From: an uncultured Gammaproteobacteria bacterium
Lineage (GTDB): Bacteria > Patescibacteriota > Patescibacteriia > UBA9570
Direction: 5' to 3'
DNA length: 64,000 nucleotides
Assembly (NCBI GenBank): GCA_964385285.1
Contig: CAYLOJ010000005.1
Location: 493-64,492 of the forward strand
Shown here: positions 1-8,918 of the stretch, one piece after another
Layout: each line of letters starts with the position of its first letter
Position numbering within the stretch: the first letter of the stretch is position 1
The notes under the pieces: generated by a model
The model's input: only the letters and a program-made list of their open reading frames with translations
Told to the model about the DNA's origin: nothing
Databases searched by the model: none
Translations under genes and position numbers: made by a program

Positions 1-333
1 AATGACGAAGATTTCTATATTACCTCTATCCGCGTGCGCGGAGATTTAGTAGAACCTAAGTTTTCTTGCCCAGAGATTGTGCAGATAGCTCAAGCCACTG
101 ACAAGACGCTAGAAGGGAATGCTATGTTATTTAGAAACGAGGAGCAATACTTGAGACGTACTGCAGATTATACTCCTGATCAGAATGATATGGTGGTGAG
201 GTTTTACAGTGAGCGCAAACCTTGTGCAGAGAATGGGATGCTCAGTGAGAGCTATAATGCTGTTTATGTTAGTATCACCACGGGAGAAATTGTACGCCAG
301 AGTAAAGAAGGCTGTCAGTTGATGATGGATTAA
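1..333 (+). CDS. C-terminal fragment of a hypothetical protein (reading frame open at window start)
   Basis: Frame 1 is open from nt 1 to the TAA at 331-333; no recognisable domain; normal low-GC composition. Confidence 0.35.
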   Translation, partial: NDEDFYITSIRVRGDLVEPKFSCPEIVQIAQATDKTLEGNAMLFRNEEQYLRRTADYTPDQNDMVVRFYSERKPCAENGMLSESYNAVYVSITTGEIVRQSKEGCQLMMD

Positions 334-398
334 TAGTTTAGCCCCATTAAAATAGCACTTCAAAAAATGTTATGGACAATAATTAATCGATTACTACT

Positions 399-1763
399 AT
401 GGATACATCAAAATTAGGTTGGTTCGGCAAAGATAATTATCTGGTTATTAAATACATCGGTCTAGGCATTATCCTCTCGATGGGTATTGGATTTTTTAGT
501 TTAATCATGATGGCGGTTGCAGAGCGCCGCAGTGGTGTGACGTATAGTAATTACGAAGCGATTGGCTCTGTCTACAATGGCCCGCTCACGCAAAATTCAC
601 CGTCCTTAGCTGTACTAGATGAAGCTGAATCGATCTATCAAACGCGTAATCTTAACACTGCTAAAGCGCAAGAGTATCTACAAAATACCTCGCTCAGTTC
701 AACTTCTGGCCATGTGGAGATGACCGCAGAATTCGTGAAAAAAGGATTGACCTATCAGCCCACCTACCGCACTGCGTTTACTGCCGAATATGTGCTCAGC
801 AATGCGTTGGATGAATCAGCCGCTGTTTCATTCCGCTTTCCATTCCCGGCAGAAGCCAGTGGGAATGAAATTAGTAATGCGATTTTAACGGTAGATGGTG
901 TGGAAATTCCTGAGGCAAAAACGACAATTCCAGTAGAATCTGCCAACGTAGATAGTTATTATTATGATGACTACACTACTACGCCCGATGCCCTCGGTTT
1001 AGAATGGAATGGTGAGATTCCTGCTAAAGGCGATGTGACAGTAAAAGTAACTTACGACACAGTTGGTTTAGCGGTATTTACCTATGAAGGTATTGATAAT
1101 CCAAAAGGGGCACAGGATTTCTATTTCACAGCGCGTATTAATGGCATTCGTTCGTATGATGTTGCCCAAGGCTTATCGGTTGATCAACGGAAGTTTGGTG
1201 ATCATAATGTTGAACTTACTTGGGATAAGCCAGATCTCTATTCCAAACCAACGATCTCCGTTGCGATCGGGGATAAGGTCAATCCTTCGTTACAAGTGTC
1301 ACGGATCTACATCTTGATGTTGCCGATCTACATTGTCTTCATGGTTATTGTCTTATTCTTGGCATACAAGTTTGGACGTAAACCATTACCATTAATCGAC
1401 ATGTTCTTGTTTACCATCCTCTTTGTCTTGTTCTTCCCGTTACTGCATTATCTCTCTGGCTTTACCATTGATCCTACCATTGAGCTGTTTGCCAACATTG
1501 ATGCTGTGCCTTATTTCTCGATGCCGCTCTATGGAGCCTTTGCGATCGCTTGGTTGGTCATTGGTGGTTTACTGCTTTACCTGGTTGCACGCATTGAAGG
1601 GATGGCTTTCGCCGTTAAGTTTTTACTCCCTACCTTAGTGCTATTTTTAGGCTTCTTCCCATTAGTGGTCACTATTCCAGAATATTCTGTCTTGTTAGCA
1701 TTACTCGGTGTAGTGGCCCTCATGGTGATTATCATTCAAAGCCGTATTAAGCTAGCGCGCTAA
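399..1763 (+). CDS. CreD-like inner membrane protein (N-terminal TM, large extracytoplasmic domain, C-terminal cluster of 4-5 TM helices)
   Basis: 454 aa. N-terminal TM followed by 'VAERRSG'; C-terminal hydrophobic cluster. Size and topology match the CreD family. The family assignment is from memory of the architecture, not a motif search. Confidence 0.45.
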   Translation: MDTSKLGWFGKDNYLVIKYIGLGIILSMGIGFFSLIMMAVAERRSGVTYSNYEAIGSVYNGPLTQNSPSLAVLDEAESIYQTRNLNTAKAQEYLQNTSLSSTSGHVEMTAEFVKKGLTYQPTYRTAFTAEYVLSNALDESAAVSFRFPFPAEASGNEISNAILTVDGVEIPEAKTTIPVESANVDSYYYDDYTTTPDALGLEWNGEIPAKGDVTVKVTYDTVGLAVFTYEGIDNPKGAQDFYFTARINGIRSYDVAQGLSVDQRKFGDHNVELTWDKPDLYSKPTISVAIGDKVNPSLQVSRIYILMLPIYIVFMVIVLFLAYKFGRKPLPLIDMFLFTILFVLFFPLLHYLSGFTIDPTIELFANIDAVPYFSMPLYGAFAIAWLVIGGLLLYLVARIEGMAFAVKFLLPTLVLFLGFFPLVVTIPEYSVLLALLGVVALMVIIIQSRIKLAR

Positions 1764-1787
1764 CTAAATAATTGCTAGAATAGGGTT

Positions 1788-1910
1788 ATGAAAAGCGCAC
1801 TCAAAAACCAAGTAGGCATGAGCCTGACCAGCATGATTGCACTCGGCTTTGTAGCCGCAGTTGTACTCGTGTTCATCATTGGCTTAGTAGCTTACATGAT
1901 GAATCGTTAA
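1788..1910 (+). CDS. small (40 aa) single-TM membrane peptide
   Basis: ATG at 1788, TAA at 1908-1910. Hydrophobic core 'MIALGFVAAVVLVFIIGLVAYMM'. Immediately followed by an intrinsic terminator. Confidence 0.3.
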   Translation: MKSALKNQVGMSLTSMIALGFVAAVVLVFIIGLVAYMMNR

Positions 1911-1931
1911 ACACGATTACTATACAAAAAT

Positions 1932-1964
1932 AGCCGTTTCTATTGACGAGACGGCTATTTTTTG
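1932..1964 (+). terminator. rho-independent terminator
   Basis: AGCCGTTTC (1932-1940) and GAGACGGCT (1948-1956) form a 9-bp stem with one mismatch and a 7-nt loop, followed by a T6 run. Confidence 0.6.
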
Positions 1965-2023
1965 TTAAGATTAAGCTATCGCGTCGCAAAAAAAGTAAAA
2001 TAAAAATCAGTAACAAAAAAATT

Positions 2024-2407
2024 ATGAGCGAGCCTCGTAGTGAACATCGTCCAATACCACCTCGAACTGAGGTCCGAAAGTTGTTATCGGATTCCCTATG
2101 GGAGCGTCATCCAATGGCGCCAAAGCCTGATCCAGCACAATTAGAAGAGAAGCGTGATGCCTTACTCGCAGCGAGTACGCCAGATGGTAAGCGCGTTCAA
2201 TTAATTGTAGAGGTGATGCGCAGTAAAGAATCCACTGGCTTTACAGTCACAGTGGAGCCGACGGGTGGTGCGATGACGGCTAATCCAGATTTACACGTGC
2301 GTTTTGAAGTAGCCGGTGCGGCCACTGTTCGGGACGGACTAAAACAACTCTTTGATAAAATGCGTGCAGCTGAATACTCTCCAGAGGTCAGCGGATTAGA
2401 TTTATGA
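2024..2407 (+). CDS. hypothetical protein (127 aa)
   Basis: ATG at 2024. The ORF-track TTG start at 1943 lies inside the upstream terminator hairpin and A-rich spacer, so it is unlikely. Stop overlaps the start of the next gene. Confidence 0.5.
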   Translation: MSEPRSEHRPIPPRTEVRKLLSDSLWERHPMAPKPDPAQLEEKRDALLAASTPDGKRVQLIVEVMRSKESTGFTVTVEPTGGAMTANPDLHVRFEVAGAATVRDGLKQLFDKMRAAEYSPEVSGLDL

Positions 2408-3804
2408 ACAGACTAGGGGGAATAGTCGCGTGCGTGGCTAGTAGTTTTTTTGTCGCTTCGCAAGTGGCGGCGGCATCGTATCTGCACTCGCCAGAGGTAA
2501 AATTATTTACAGCTGAGGTTACAGATTTTTCTGAAGCGAAACATTTTTTTGCTTATGATCAAAGTTTCAACGGGGGAGGCAGCGTGGCCATTGCTGATTT
2601 AGGGAACGACAGTACAGCCGAAATTATTACGGCTGCTGGCTTGGGAGGGCGTGCGCAAATTCGCACGTTTCGCCTGGATGGTTCTTATATCCACCAGTTC
2701 TTTGCGTATGATCAATCAATGGCCGCTGGTGTTAATGTAGCCGCCGGTGATGTTGATGCCGATGGTAGTGCAGAGATTGTGACCGCTCCAAAAGCTGGCG
2801 CAGCTGCGCAAGTGCGGATATTTGATGGCGCTGGTCGGATTGATCAAACGGTTGGGTGGTTTCCCTTTGCTGAAGACTACAGTGGTGGAGTTAATGTGGC
2901 TGTGGGTGATGTTGATGCCGATGGCAAAGCAGAAATTATTGTGGGCAGTGGTGAGGGGATGGAGCCAACGGTCAAAGTGTTTAGTGCTACGGGTGAGCCT
3001 AAAGCCATTGATTTTTATCCATTTGCAAAGGATAGTCAGGGCGGGGTTTCCGTATCCGTCGGAAATGTTGACGCGGATGCAGCTATGGAGGTGATTACTG
3101 CTGTGCAACAATCTGGGGATGCTTGGGTAAAAATTTATGATTACAACGTAGAACGCACGATTGTAAAAGAGTTCAAAGTACTAGACGAAGGTTTTCAGGG
3201 AGGGGTCAATGTGGCTGCCGGTGATGTCGATGCCGACGGTGTCGCTGAAATTGTAGTAGCTGTGCATGGGAAGGGTGAGCCACAGGTCAAACTGTATGAG
3301 GCAGACGGCACAGAGATGAATCCGAGTTTTTTTGCTTACGATGAGACCTTTCAAGGTGGCGTGAATGTAGCGGTAGGGGCGGTGAATGCGGATGGTTATG
3401 CGGATATTGTGACCATGCCTAACCAGTTGAAACCCGAAGGCCGCACCACTGAACATCGCTATGTGCGCGTTGATCTGAGTGAACAACGTTTATATGCCTA
3501 TGAGGATGGTTATCTCATCAATACCTTTTTAATCTCCTCAGGCTTACCTGCCACACCTACGCCTCCAGGGGAGTACCATATTCAACGGAAGATTTATAAT
3601 AAACTATATTCAGGTCCGGATTATTACCTGCCAAACACCTTATATAATTTACAATTCCGGACGCACTACTATCTACACGGTGCCTATTGGCATCATAACT
3701 TTGGACACCCCATGAGCCATGGTTGTATTAACATTGCTTATGAAGATGCCGCCTGGATCTATGATTGGATGCAAGAGGGGGATTTAACCGTGATTGAAAT
3801 ATAG
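2404..3804 (+). CDS. secreted FG-GAP-repeat protein with C-terminal L,D-transpeptidase (YkuD) catalytic domain
   Basis: N-terminal signal peptide. Six or more repeats of the 'F(A/P)YD..F.GG..VA.GDVDADG.AEI' type (FG-GAP/VCBS-like). C-terminus 'HGAYWHHNFGHPMSHGCINI' matches the YkuD His/Cys motif. Confidence 0.75.
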   Translation: MNRLGGIVACVASSFFVASQVAAASYLHSPEVKLFTAEVTDFSEAKHFFAYDQSFNGGGSVAIADLGNDSTAEIITAAGLGGRAQIRTFRLDGSYIHQFFAYDQSMAAGVNVAAGDVDADGSAEIVTAPKAGAAAQVRIFDGAGRIDQTVGWFPFAEDYSGGVNVAVGDVDADGKAEIIVGSGEGMEPTVKVFSATGEPKAIDFYPFAKDSQGGVSVSVGNVDADAAMEVITAVQQSGDAWVKIYDYNVERTIVKEFKVLDEGFQGGVNVAAGDVDADGVAEIVVAVHGKGEPQVKLYEADGTEMNPSFFAYDETFQGGVNVAVGAVNADGYADIVTMPNQLKPEGRTTEHRYVRVDLSEQRLYAYEDGYLINTFLISSGLPATPTPPGEYHIQRKIYNKLYSGPDYYLPNTLYNLQFRTHYYLHGAYWHHNFGHPMSHGCINIAYEDAAWIYDWMQEGDLTVIEI

Positions 3805-3879
3805 CTTGAAGGATAAGCTATTTTTAGTTGCACATTATTTGATGTTTATGTAAATTATGCACGCACTTTGGAGGGATAG

Positions 3880-4776
3880 GTGCAGTACATTGTTCTCACG
3901 GTTGGTTCCTACTTGATCTTCAACCTCGGCGTCTGGTTCAGCACCCGAGGTGGAAGCGACTTTGCACTGCCGCTCGGCTACATGCTTGGGTGCACGTTCA
4001 TCCGCTTGCGGTTGGCCGGGCAAATCAAGCAGCAGGCGAATCACCCCATCCAGTGGTGGGTGGTCATCGGCAACACCGCTTCGATCCTGATCACGGCGAA
4101 CGCGCTGCGCTACGCCCATGCCCGCATCCCGCTCAGCCTCAGCATGGAGGCGGTCTACAACGGGCTGGCCATGGCGAGTTGGTTCGTTTTCCTGTTGCTG
4201 GGTCGCTACTGGCCGAGGCAGTTTAGCGATCAACCCAAGTGGTTCGATCTTGGCTGTCACGGTGTGATGTTCATGCTGGTGGTCACGCGCTTCAGCACCT
4301 ACGGTCAGTTCCACCTCACGGGTGATACCATCGTGGCACTGATCTGCGGCATCCTCGGCTACATCGGTGTCAACATCACCATCAAGCTGATGGCCGGGCA
4401 TCGCCTCAGCAGCGTTTACGGCATCCTCGGCGCGGCAGCTATCTTGCTAGGGGTGCAGATCACCAGTGGCCTTCATCACGAGTGGCATTGGAGTAGCGAT
4501 TCGATCATCAGCATACTGTTGGTGTCCATCGCCAGCTATGGTGTTCCAGTCTACCTGGCCGGTGCCTACGGGTACTTCAAGGGCCTCGCTTCGCTGGTAC
4601 CGCCTCTGGTCTACGATTCACTGCTGGTGGCCTCGCCGCTAGTGATGATCGTACGTCAGGAGTCCATCTCCTACTGGACGATCATCGTCGCCATCAACAT
4701 GCTGATCGTCACGGTGGTGCGCTACCTGTACCACACCGGCGGCTGGCGCAAGCTCAAGTCCAAGTTCCGAACGTGA
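3880..4776 (+). CDS. polytopic integral membrane protein, unknown function (high-GC island gene)
   Basis: GTG start with GGAGG 7 nt upstream; about 63% GC with strong GC3 bias; 7-8 predicted TM segments. The antisense ORFs here are typical high-GC shadow ORFs. Confidence 0.55.
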   Translation: MQYIVLTVGSYLIFNLGVWFSTRGGSDFALPLGYMLGCTFIRLRLAGQIKQQANHPIQWWVVIGNTASILITANALRYAHARIPLSLSMEAVYNGLAMASWFVFLLLGRYWPRQFSDQPKWFDLGCHGVMFMLVVTRFSTYGQFHLTGDTIVALICGILGYIGVNITIKLMAGHRLSSVYGILGAAAILLGVQITSGLHHEWHWSSDSIISILLVSIASYGVPVYLAGAYGYFKGLASLVPPLVYDSLLVASPLVMIVRQESISYWTIIVAINMLIVTVVRYLYHTGGWRKLKSKFRT

Positions 4777-4932
4777 GTGGCCCGGGGCGACCATCTTCGC
4801 CCCACCCCCCCCCTGAACCTAGCATTACGCTGGTAGGTTGAGGTGAGTTTTTCCCTGGACAATTTTTATAAATAGTTTACTCTGCTAGCGCTCAGTACGC
4901 TTAGGCGTTCACCCACTGAGTCGGAGTTTCCA

Positions 4933-5187
4933 ATGCTTCCTCCTGACACTAGTGTTTCTGCATACGACCCCGACGACGACTACACCACCGACTCCCAGGG
5001 CTGTGGCGCCGGCGGAACGCCGCCCCGCCTGCCCACCGTCGATCCGGACGACGAGTCCGACGACGTAGCGATCCCCGAACCCACGGTGATCGCTGCGGAT
5101 GGCGAGCCTGTCGACCCACCCGTCGTCGCTGAGGATGACGACGAGCCGGAGTCCGATGACCCCGCCTATTGGGGGCACCACGAGTAG
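4933..5187 (+). CDS. small acidic Pro/Asp-rich low-complexity ORF (doubtful)
   Basis: 84 aa, GC3-rich, but low-complexity sequence in a high-GC region with overlapping ORFs on both strands. Confidence 0.2.
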   Translation: MLPPDTSVSAYDPDDDYTTDSQGCGAGGTPPRLPTVDPDDESDDVAIPEPTVIAADGEPVDPPVVAEDDDEPESDDPAYWGHHE

Positions 5188-5489
5188 CTACTGAGCTACG
5201 GAGGATGGCCAGGGGAGCGCACACGTGCTCCCCACCACTCTTGAATGTAACCATGCGTTGCTTTGAAGAGTGGTCTAAACGATTTCTCGCTAAAGCGCAT
5301 GATGGTCATTGACTGGATGGCATTTTTTCAGTAATGTCTGAACGCTATATTGTTCTTTTGAGTTTAGAGAAAGATTATATTATGGATCATCAGCGGACAT
5401 GTGGTGAGCTAAGTGGAGATAATGACTATCTCTAGCTAGCTCACTACAGAGTTCGGATTCCACCGGACCTGTTTTCACATGGAGCGTTC

Positions 5490-6761
5490 ATGAGTCACCT
5501 GATCGGAGATCCTGCCATTGCTGCGTTGATCGCGGCGGAAGAAGAGCGCCAGCGCAACGACCTCGAGCTCATCGCTTCGGAGAACTACGTCTCTCCGGGC
5601 GTGCTCGCGGTCGTCGGCAGCATGCTCACCAACAAGTACGCTGAGGGTCTCCCCGGTAAGCGCTACTACGGCGGCTGCGAGGTCGTCGACAAGATCGAGG
5701 AGCTGGCCCGCGCCCGCGCCCTTCAGTTGTTCGGTCTGTCCGACACCAACTGGGGGGTAAACGTGCAGCCTCACTCCGGTGCCAACGCCAACCTGGCGCT
5801 GTACCTCGCCACCCTCCAGCCGGGCGACACGCTGATGGGGCTGAACCTCTCGAATGGGGGACACCTCACCCATGGATCCACCGCCAACAGCTCCGGCAAG
5901 CTCTACCGGGCCGTCTACTACGGCGTCAACGAGTCCGGCTACATCGACATGAACGAGGTCCGCGCGATCGCCCTGCGCGAGCGCCCGAAGCTCATCATGA
6001 CCGGTGCTTCCGCCTATCCGCGCACCTGGAACTTTGCCAGCTTCCGGGCCATTGCCGACGAGATCGGTGCCATCCTGGTCAACGACATGGCTCACATTGC
6101 GGGGCTGGTCGCCGCTGGGCTGCATCCGTCGCCGTTCGAGTACTGCGACTACGTCACGACCACCACACACAAGACCCTGCGGGGTCCGCGTGGTGGTCTC
6201 GGCTTCGCTCGCGGCAGCGAGAGGATCAAGGCCTACAACTCTGCGGTCTTCCCGGGTTCCCAAGGTGGTCCGCTCATGCACGTCATCGCCGGCAAGGCGG
6301 TGGCGTTCCACGAGGCGCTCCAGCCTGGATTCCAGATCTACCAGCAGCAGGTGCTCGCCAATGCCCAGGTGATGGCGCGCGTGCTCATGGATTGGGGCTT
6401 CGACCTCGTCTCCGGCGGCACCGACAACCACCTGATGCTGCTCGACCTCTCGAATCGCGACTACTCCGGCAAGGAGGCAGAAGCGATCCTCGGGCGGGCT
6501 GGTATTACCGTCAACAAGAACACCGTACCCAACGAGAAGCGCTCGCCCTTCGTCACCTCCGGGGTCCGCATCGGCACCCCGGCCATGACCACCCGCGGCT
6601 GCAACTCCACGGACGCGGTCGACGTGGCGAACTGGATCGCGGACGCTCTGGAGCATCGCACCGACGAGGCACTGCTCAGTCGTGTTCGTGACGAGGTCCA
6701 CAAGTTGATGGCCAATCGGCCGATTCCGGGCTTCAAAGGGCCGAAAGTCGACCACGAGTAA
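5490..6761 (+). CDS. glyA: serine hydroxymethyltransferase
   Basis: Motifs 'ELIASENY', '[17 protein letters not shown]', and PLP-lysine motif '[14 protein letters not shown]'. About 65% GC with extreme GC3 bias; GGAG SD upstream. Confidence 0.95.
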   Translation: MSHLIGDPAIAALIAAEEERQRNDLELIASENYVSPGVLAVVGSMLTNKYAEGLPGKRYYGGCEVVDKIEELARARALQLFGLSDTNWGVNVQPHSGANANLALYLATLQPGDTLMGLNLSNGGHLTHGSTANSSGKLYRAVYYGVNESGYIDMNEVRAIALRERPKLIMTGASAYPRTWNFASFRAIADEIGAILVNDMAHIAGLVAAGLHPSPFEYCDYVTTTTHKTLRGPRGGLGFARGSERIKAYNSAVFPGSQGGPLMHVIAGKAVAFHEALQPGFQIYQQQVLANAQVMARVLMDWGFDLVSGGTDNHLMLLDLSNRDYSGKEAEAILGRAGITVNKNTVPNEKRSPFVTSGVRIGTPAMTTRGCNSTDAVDVANWIADALEHRTDEALLSRVRDEVHKLMANRPIPGFKGPKVDHE

Positions 6762-6934
6762 TTCCTGATCTTCTCTCTACTTCCACCCAGGAGGTGACCA
6801 TCATCTGATGGCCGCGAGGAGAGACCAGTACATCTCTCCTCAACGCCCTTGAGATAACCTAACTAGGTTGTTTGAAGGGCGTGATAGAACCGATTCAGGT
6901 TGAGTTCTATAAAGTAAGATGTTATCATTCTGTC

Positions 6935-8353
6935 ATGAAAACTTCTTCCCAAGTATATTTAATCGTTAGCTGTTTAGCCGTAGCTACCCTGGCCCTACCC
7001 GCAACCACTTTAGCCTATGATTCCATGGGTCCAGAAGTGAAGGTCTTTGATCGTAGTCTTGCTGAAACCAACAGTTTTAATGCCTTAAATGGCACCTTTG
7101 AAGGCGGCTTAGATGTGGCAGTTGGTGATGTGGATGGTGATGGCGTAGATGAAATTGTGGTGGGAGCGGGCCGTGATGGTGGTCCAATGGTGCAAGTATT
7201 TGAAGGTGATGGTAGCTTAAAAGCGCAGTGGTTTGCCTATGATAGTAATCTGCGGACTGGTATCAAAGTAGCAGTCGGGGATCTCAATGGAGATGGTAAA
7301 GCTGAGATCGTTACAGGTGTCAGTGCTGGAGGCGGTCCTCAAATACGGATTTTTGATGCCAATGGGAAGAGTAAATTTGGTACGGGTTTTTTTGCCTTTG
7401 ATAGCAGTTTCCGTGGCGGGTGTGATGTGACGGTGGGTGATTTTAATGGCGATGGCAAAGCAGAGATTGCGGCTGCAGCCGGCCCAGGAGGAGACCCTCA
7501 TGTGCGTGTCTTTTCCAGAAAAGGTCGTTTTCTAGGTACAGAATTTCGTCCATTTGCGTCCGATAATAAAGGTGGAGTAGCCTTAGCGACGGCCAATGTT
7601 GATGGTGGCAGTGACGATGAACTGGTCATGTCCATTTACTCAGCCGGTGAAGATTGGGTGAAAGTATATAAAAACAATGGAACAATCTTGGGCGAGTGGA
7701 AGAATTTTGCAGGTCTGTATACTGGAGCGGTTGTCGCTGGTGGTGATATTGATAAAGATGGCAAGGATGAGGTAGCAGTGACACCACGCCAAGGAGCCGG
7801 ACCACACATTCAATTTTATGAAGGTCACGGTGCCTATACCGGCAAAAGTTTTTTTCCGTATGATTCAGATTTTCGTGGGGGTGTAAATATGGCCATGGGC
7901 GATGTAACCGGCGATGGCAAACTGGATGTCGTTACTGTGCCTGGTAAAAATCGCTCGGCTGGTCGAGTAGATCTCGTGCGTTACATTGATACAGATATCT
8001 CTGAACAAACTACGCGCGTATATGAATATGGCGAGCTTGTGCGAGAATTTAAGATCTCCTCGGGTGTGTCCGGTCATGAGACTAACCTCGGCACCTACTC
8101 TGTGCTGCAAAAAATTTACATGAAAGATTACAAATGGGAGTATGGTGAAAATGATCCTGACAACTACGATATTAAAGATGTAAAGTGGAATCTACTCTTT
8201 AATCCAACTGAACGGGAATATTTACACTACGCCTATTGGCATAATAATTTTGGTCACCCCATGAGTCATGGTTGTGTGAATATCAATGCTGAAAATGCTG
8301 AGTGGTTATACAATTGGGCTCAAGTTGGAGATCCAGTGATTATTCACAGTTAA
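6935..8353 (+). CDS. secreted FG-GAP-repeat protein with C-terminal L,D-transpeptidase domain (paralog of 2404-3804)
   Basis: Signal peptide from the ATG at 6935; the track start at 6872 lies inside a hairpin. Repeats of the 'VAVGD.NGDGKAEI' type. C-terminus 'HYAYWHNNFGHPMSHGCVNI'. Confidence 0.75.
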   Translation: MKTSSQVYLIVSCLAVATLALPATTLAYDSMGPEVKVFDRSLAETNSFNALNGTFEGGLDVAVGDVDGDGVDEIVVGAGRDGGPMVQVFEGDGSLKAQWFAYDSNLRTGIKVAVGDLNGDGKAEIVTGVSAGGGPQIRIFDANGKSKFGTGFFAFDSSFRGGCDVTVGDFNGDGKAEIAAAAGPGGDPHVRVFSRKGRFLGTEFRPFASDNKGGVALATANVDGGSDDELVMSIYSAGEDWVKVYKNNGTILGEWKNFAGLYTGAVVAGGDIDKDGKDEVAVTPRQGAGPHIQFYEGHGAYTGKSFFPYDSDFRGGVNMAMGDVTGDGKLDVVTVPGKNRSAGRVDLVRYIDTDISEQTTRVYEYGELVREFKISSGVSGHETNLGTYSVLQKIYMKDYKWEYGENDPDNYDIKDVKWNLLFNPTEREYLHYAYWHNNFGHPMSHGCVNINAENAEWLYNWAQVGDPVIIHS

Positions 8354-8356
8354 GGT

Positions 8357-8902
8357 ATGATTTGGCTATTCATTTTGTTGCTTCCGTTGGTTGCCCAAGC
8401 TGCTAATTTACCTCAGCCATCTGATGTAGTGTTTGTGCATGATGGCGTCTCTGAGGATAAACAAGACAGTTACAACTATATCTTCACTGTAGATGGTGAT
8501 GACAGAATTCACACTTGTCAGGCCAATCGCTGCAGCTTACTACCCTTTCGAGAGCAGGCGAGCGTAGCAGCTACCTTTTACCAGTTGCCCGAGGGCTATC
8601 AACGCGTCGCGGGGGTGGTTGATCAAGGCGTATTACAAGAATATGTGGCAGCAGCAGCGGCCCAGTATCGATTGACCGATTTAGAGACTGAATTGTCTGC
8701 TACCACCACAACGCGTAGCTATCATACGGTCACTATTCACACTGATGGTTCCTATGATCGCGATGCTACTTCCCAAGAGAGGAATTTAAAACCGGAGGAT
8801 GCTGACAGCAAGAATCGGTCTGTTTGGCTATGGTGGTTAGCTGGAGTCATAGTGGTGATGGGTGGTGGAGCGGGTTGGATATTGTGGAAACGCCGGAATT
8901 AA
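8357..8902 (+). CDS. secreted protein with C-terminal membrane anchor, unknown function
   Basis: Signal peptide 'MIWLFILLLPLVAQA'; C-terminal TM 'VWLWWLAGVIVVMGGGAGWILW' followed by KRRN; 4 nt after the upstream stop. Confidence 0.5.
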   Translation: MIWLFILLLPLVAQAANLPQPSDVVFVHDGVSEDKQDSYNYIFTVDGDDRIHTCQANRCSLLPFREQASVAATFYQLPEGYQRVAGVVDQGVLQEYVAAAAAQYRLTDLETELSATTTTRSYHTVTIHTDGSYDRDATSQERNLKPEDADSKNRSVWLWWLAGVIVVMGGGAGWILWKRRN

Positions 8903-8918
8903 CCTATACTAGCGCGGT

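Noticed and set aside
1943-2023. Track start (TTG at 1943) for the 2024-2407 gene.
   Set aside because: The extension would begin inside the terminator hairpin loop and translate a poly-A or Lys-rich spacer. The ATG at 2024 is preferred.
5475-6755. 426-aa ORF on the minus strand, antisense to glyA. Similar antisense ORFs exist at 3835-4401, 4909-5254, 6004-6372, 49104-49418, 49479-49754 and 51626-52150.
   Set aside because: Long stop-free antisense frames are the expected artefact of high-GC, GC3-biased coding sequence. The sense strand encodes an unmistakable SHMT, CDP-OH transferase or formyltransferase.
3840-6850. High-GC islands as a chimeric assembly or contamination artefact.
   Set aside because: Not adopted as the primary explanation. 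The GC-rich blocks are single genes bounded by backbone-type AT-rich intergenic DNA with SD sequences correctly positioned. There are five separate blocks. It still deserves a read-level check, listed under the finding.
6872-6934. Track start at 6872 for the second FG-GAP/LDT gene.
   Set aside because: It lies within the downstream hairpin of glyA. The signal peptide begins at the ATG at 6935.
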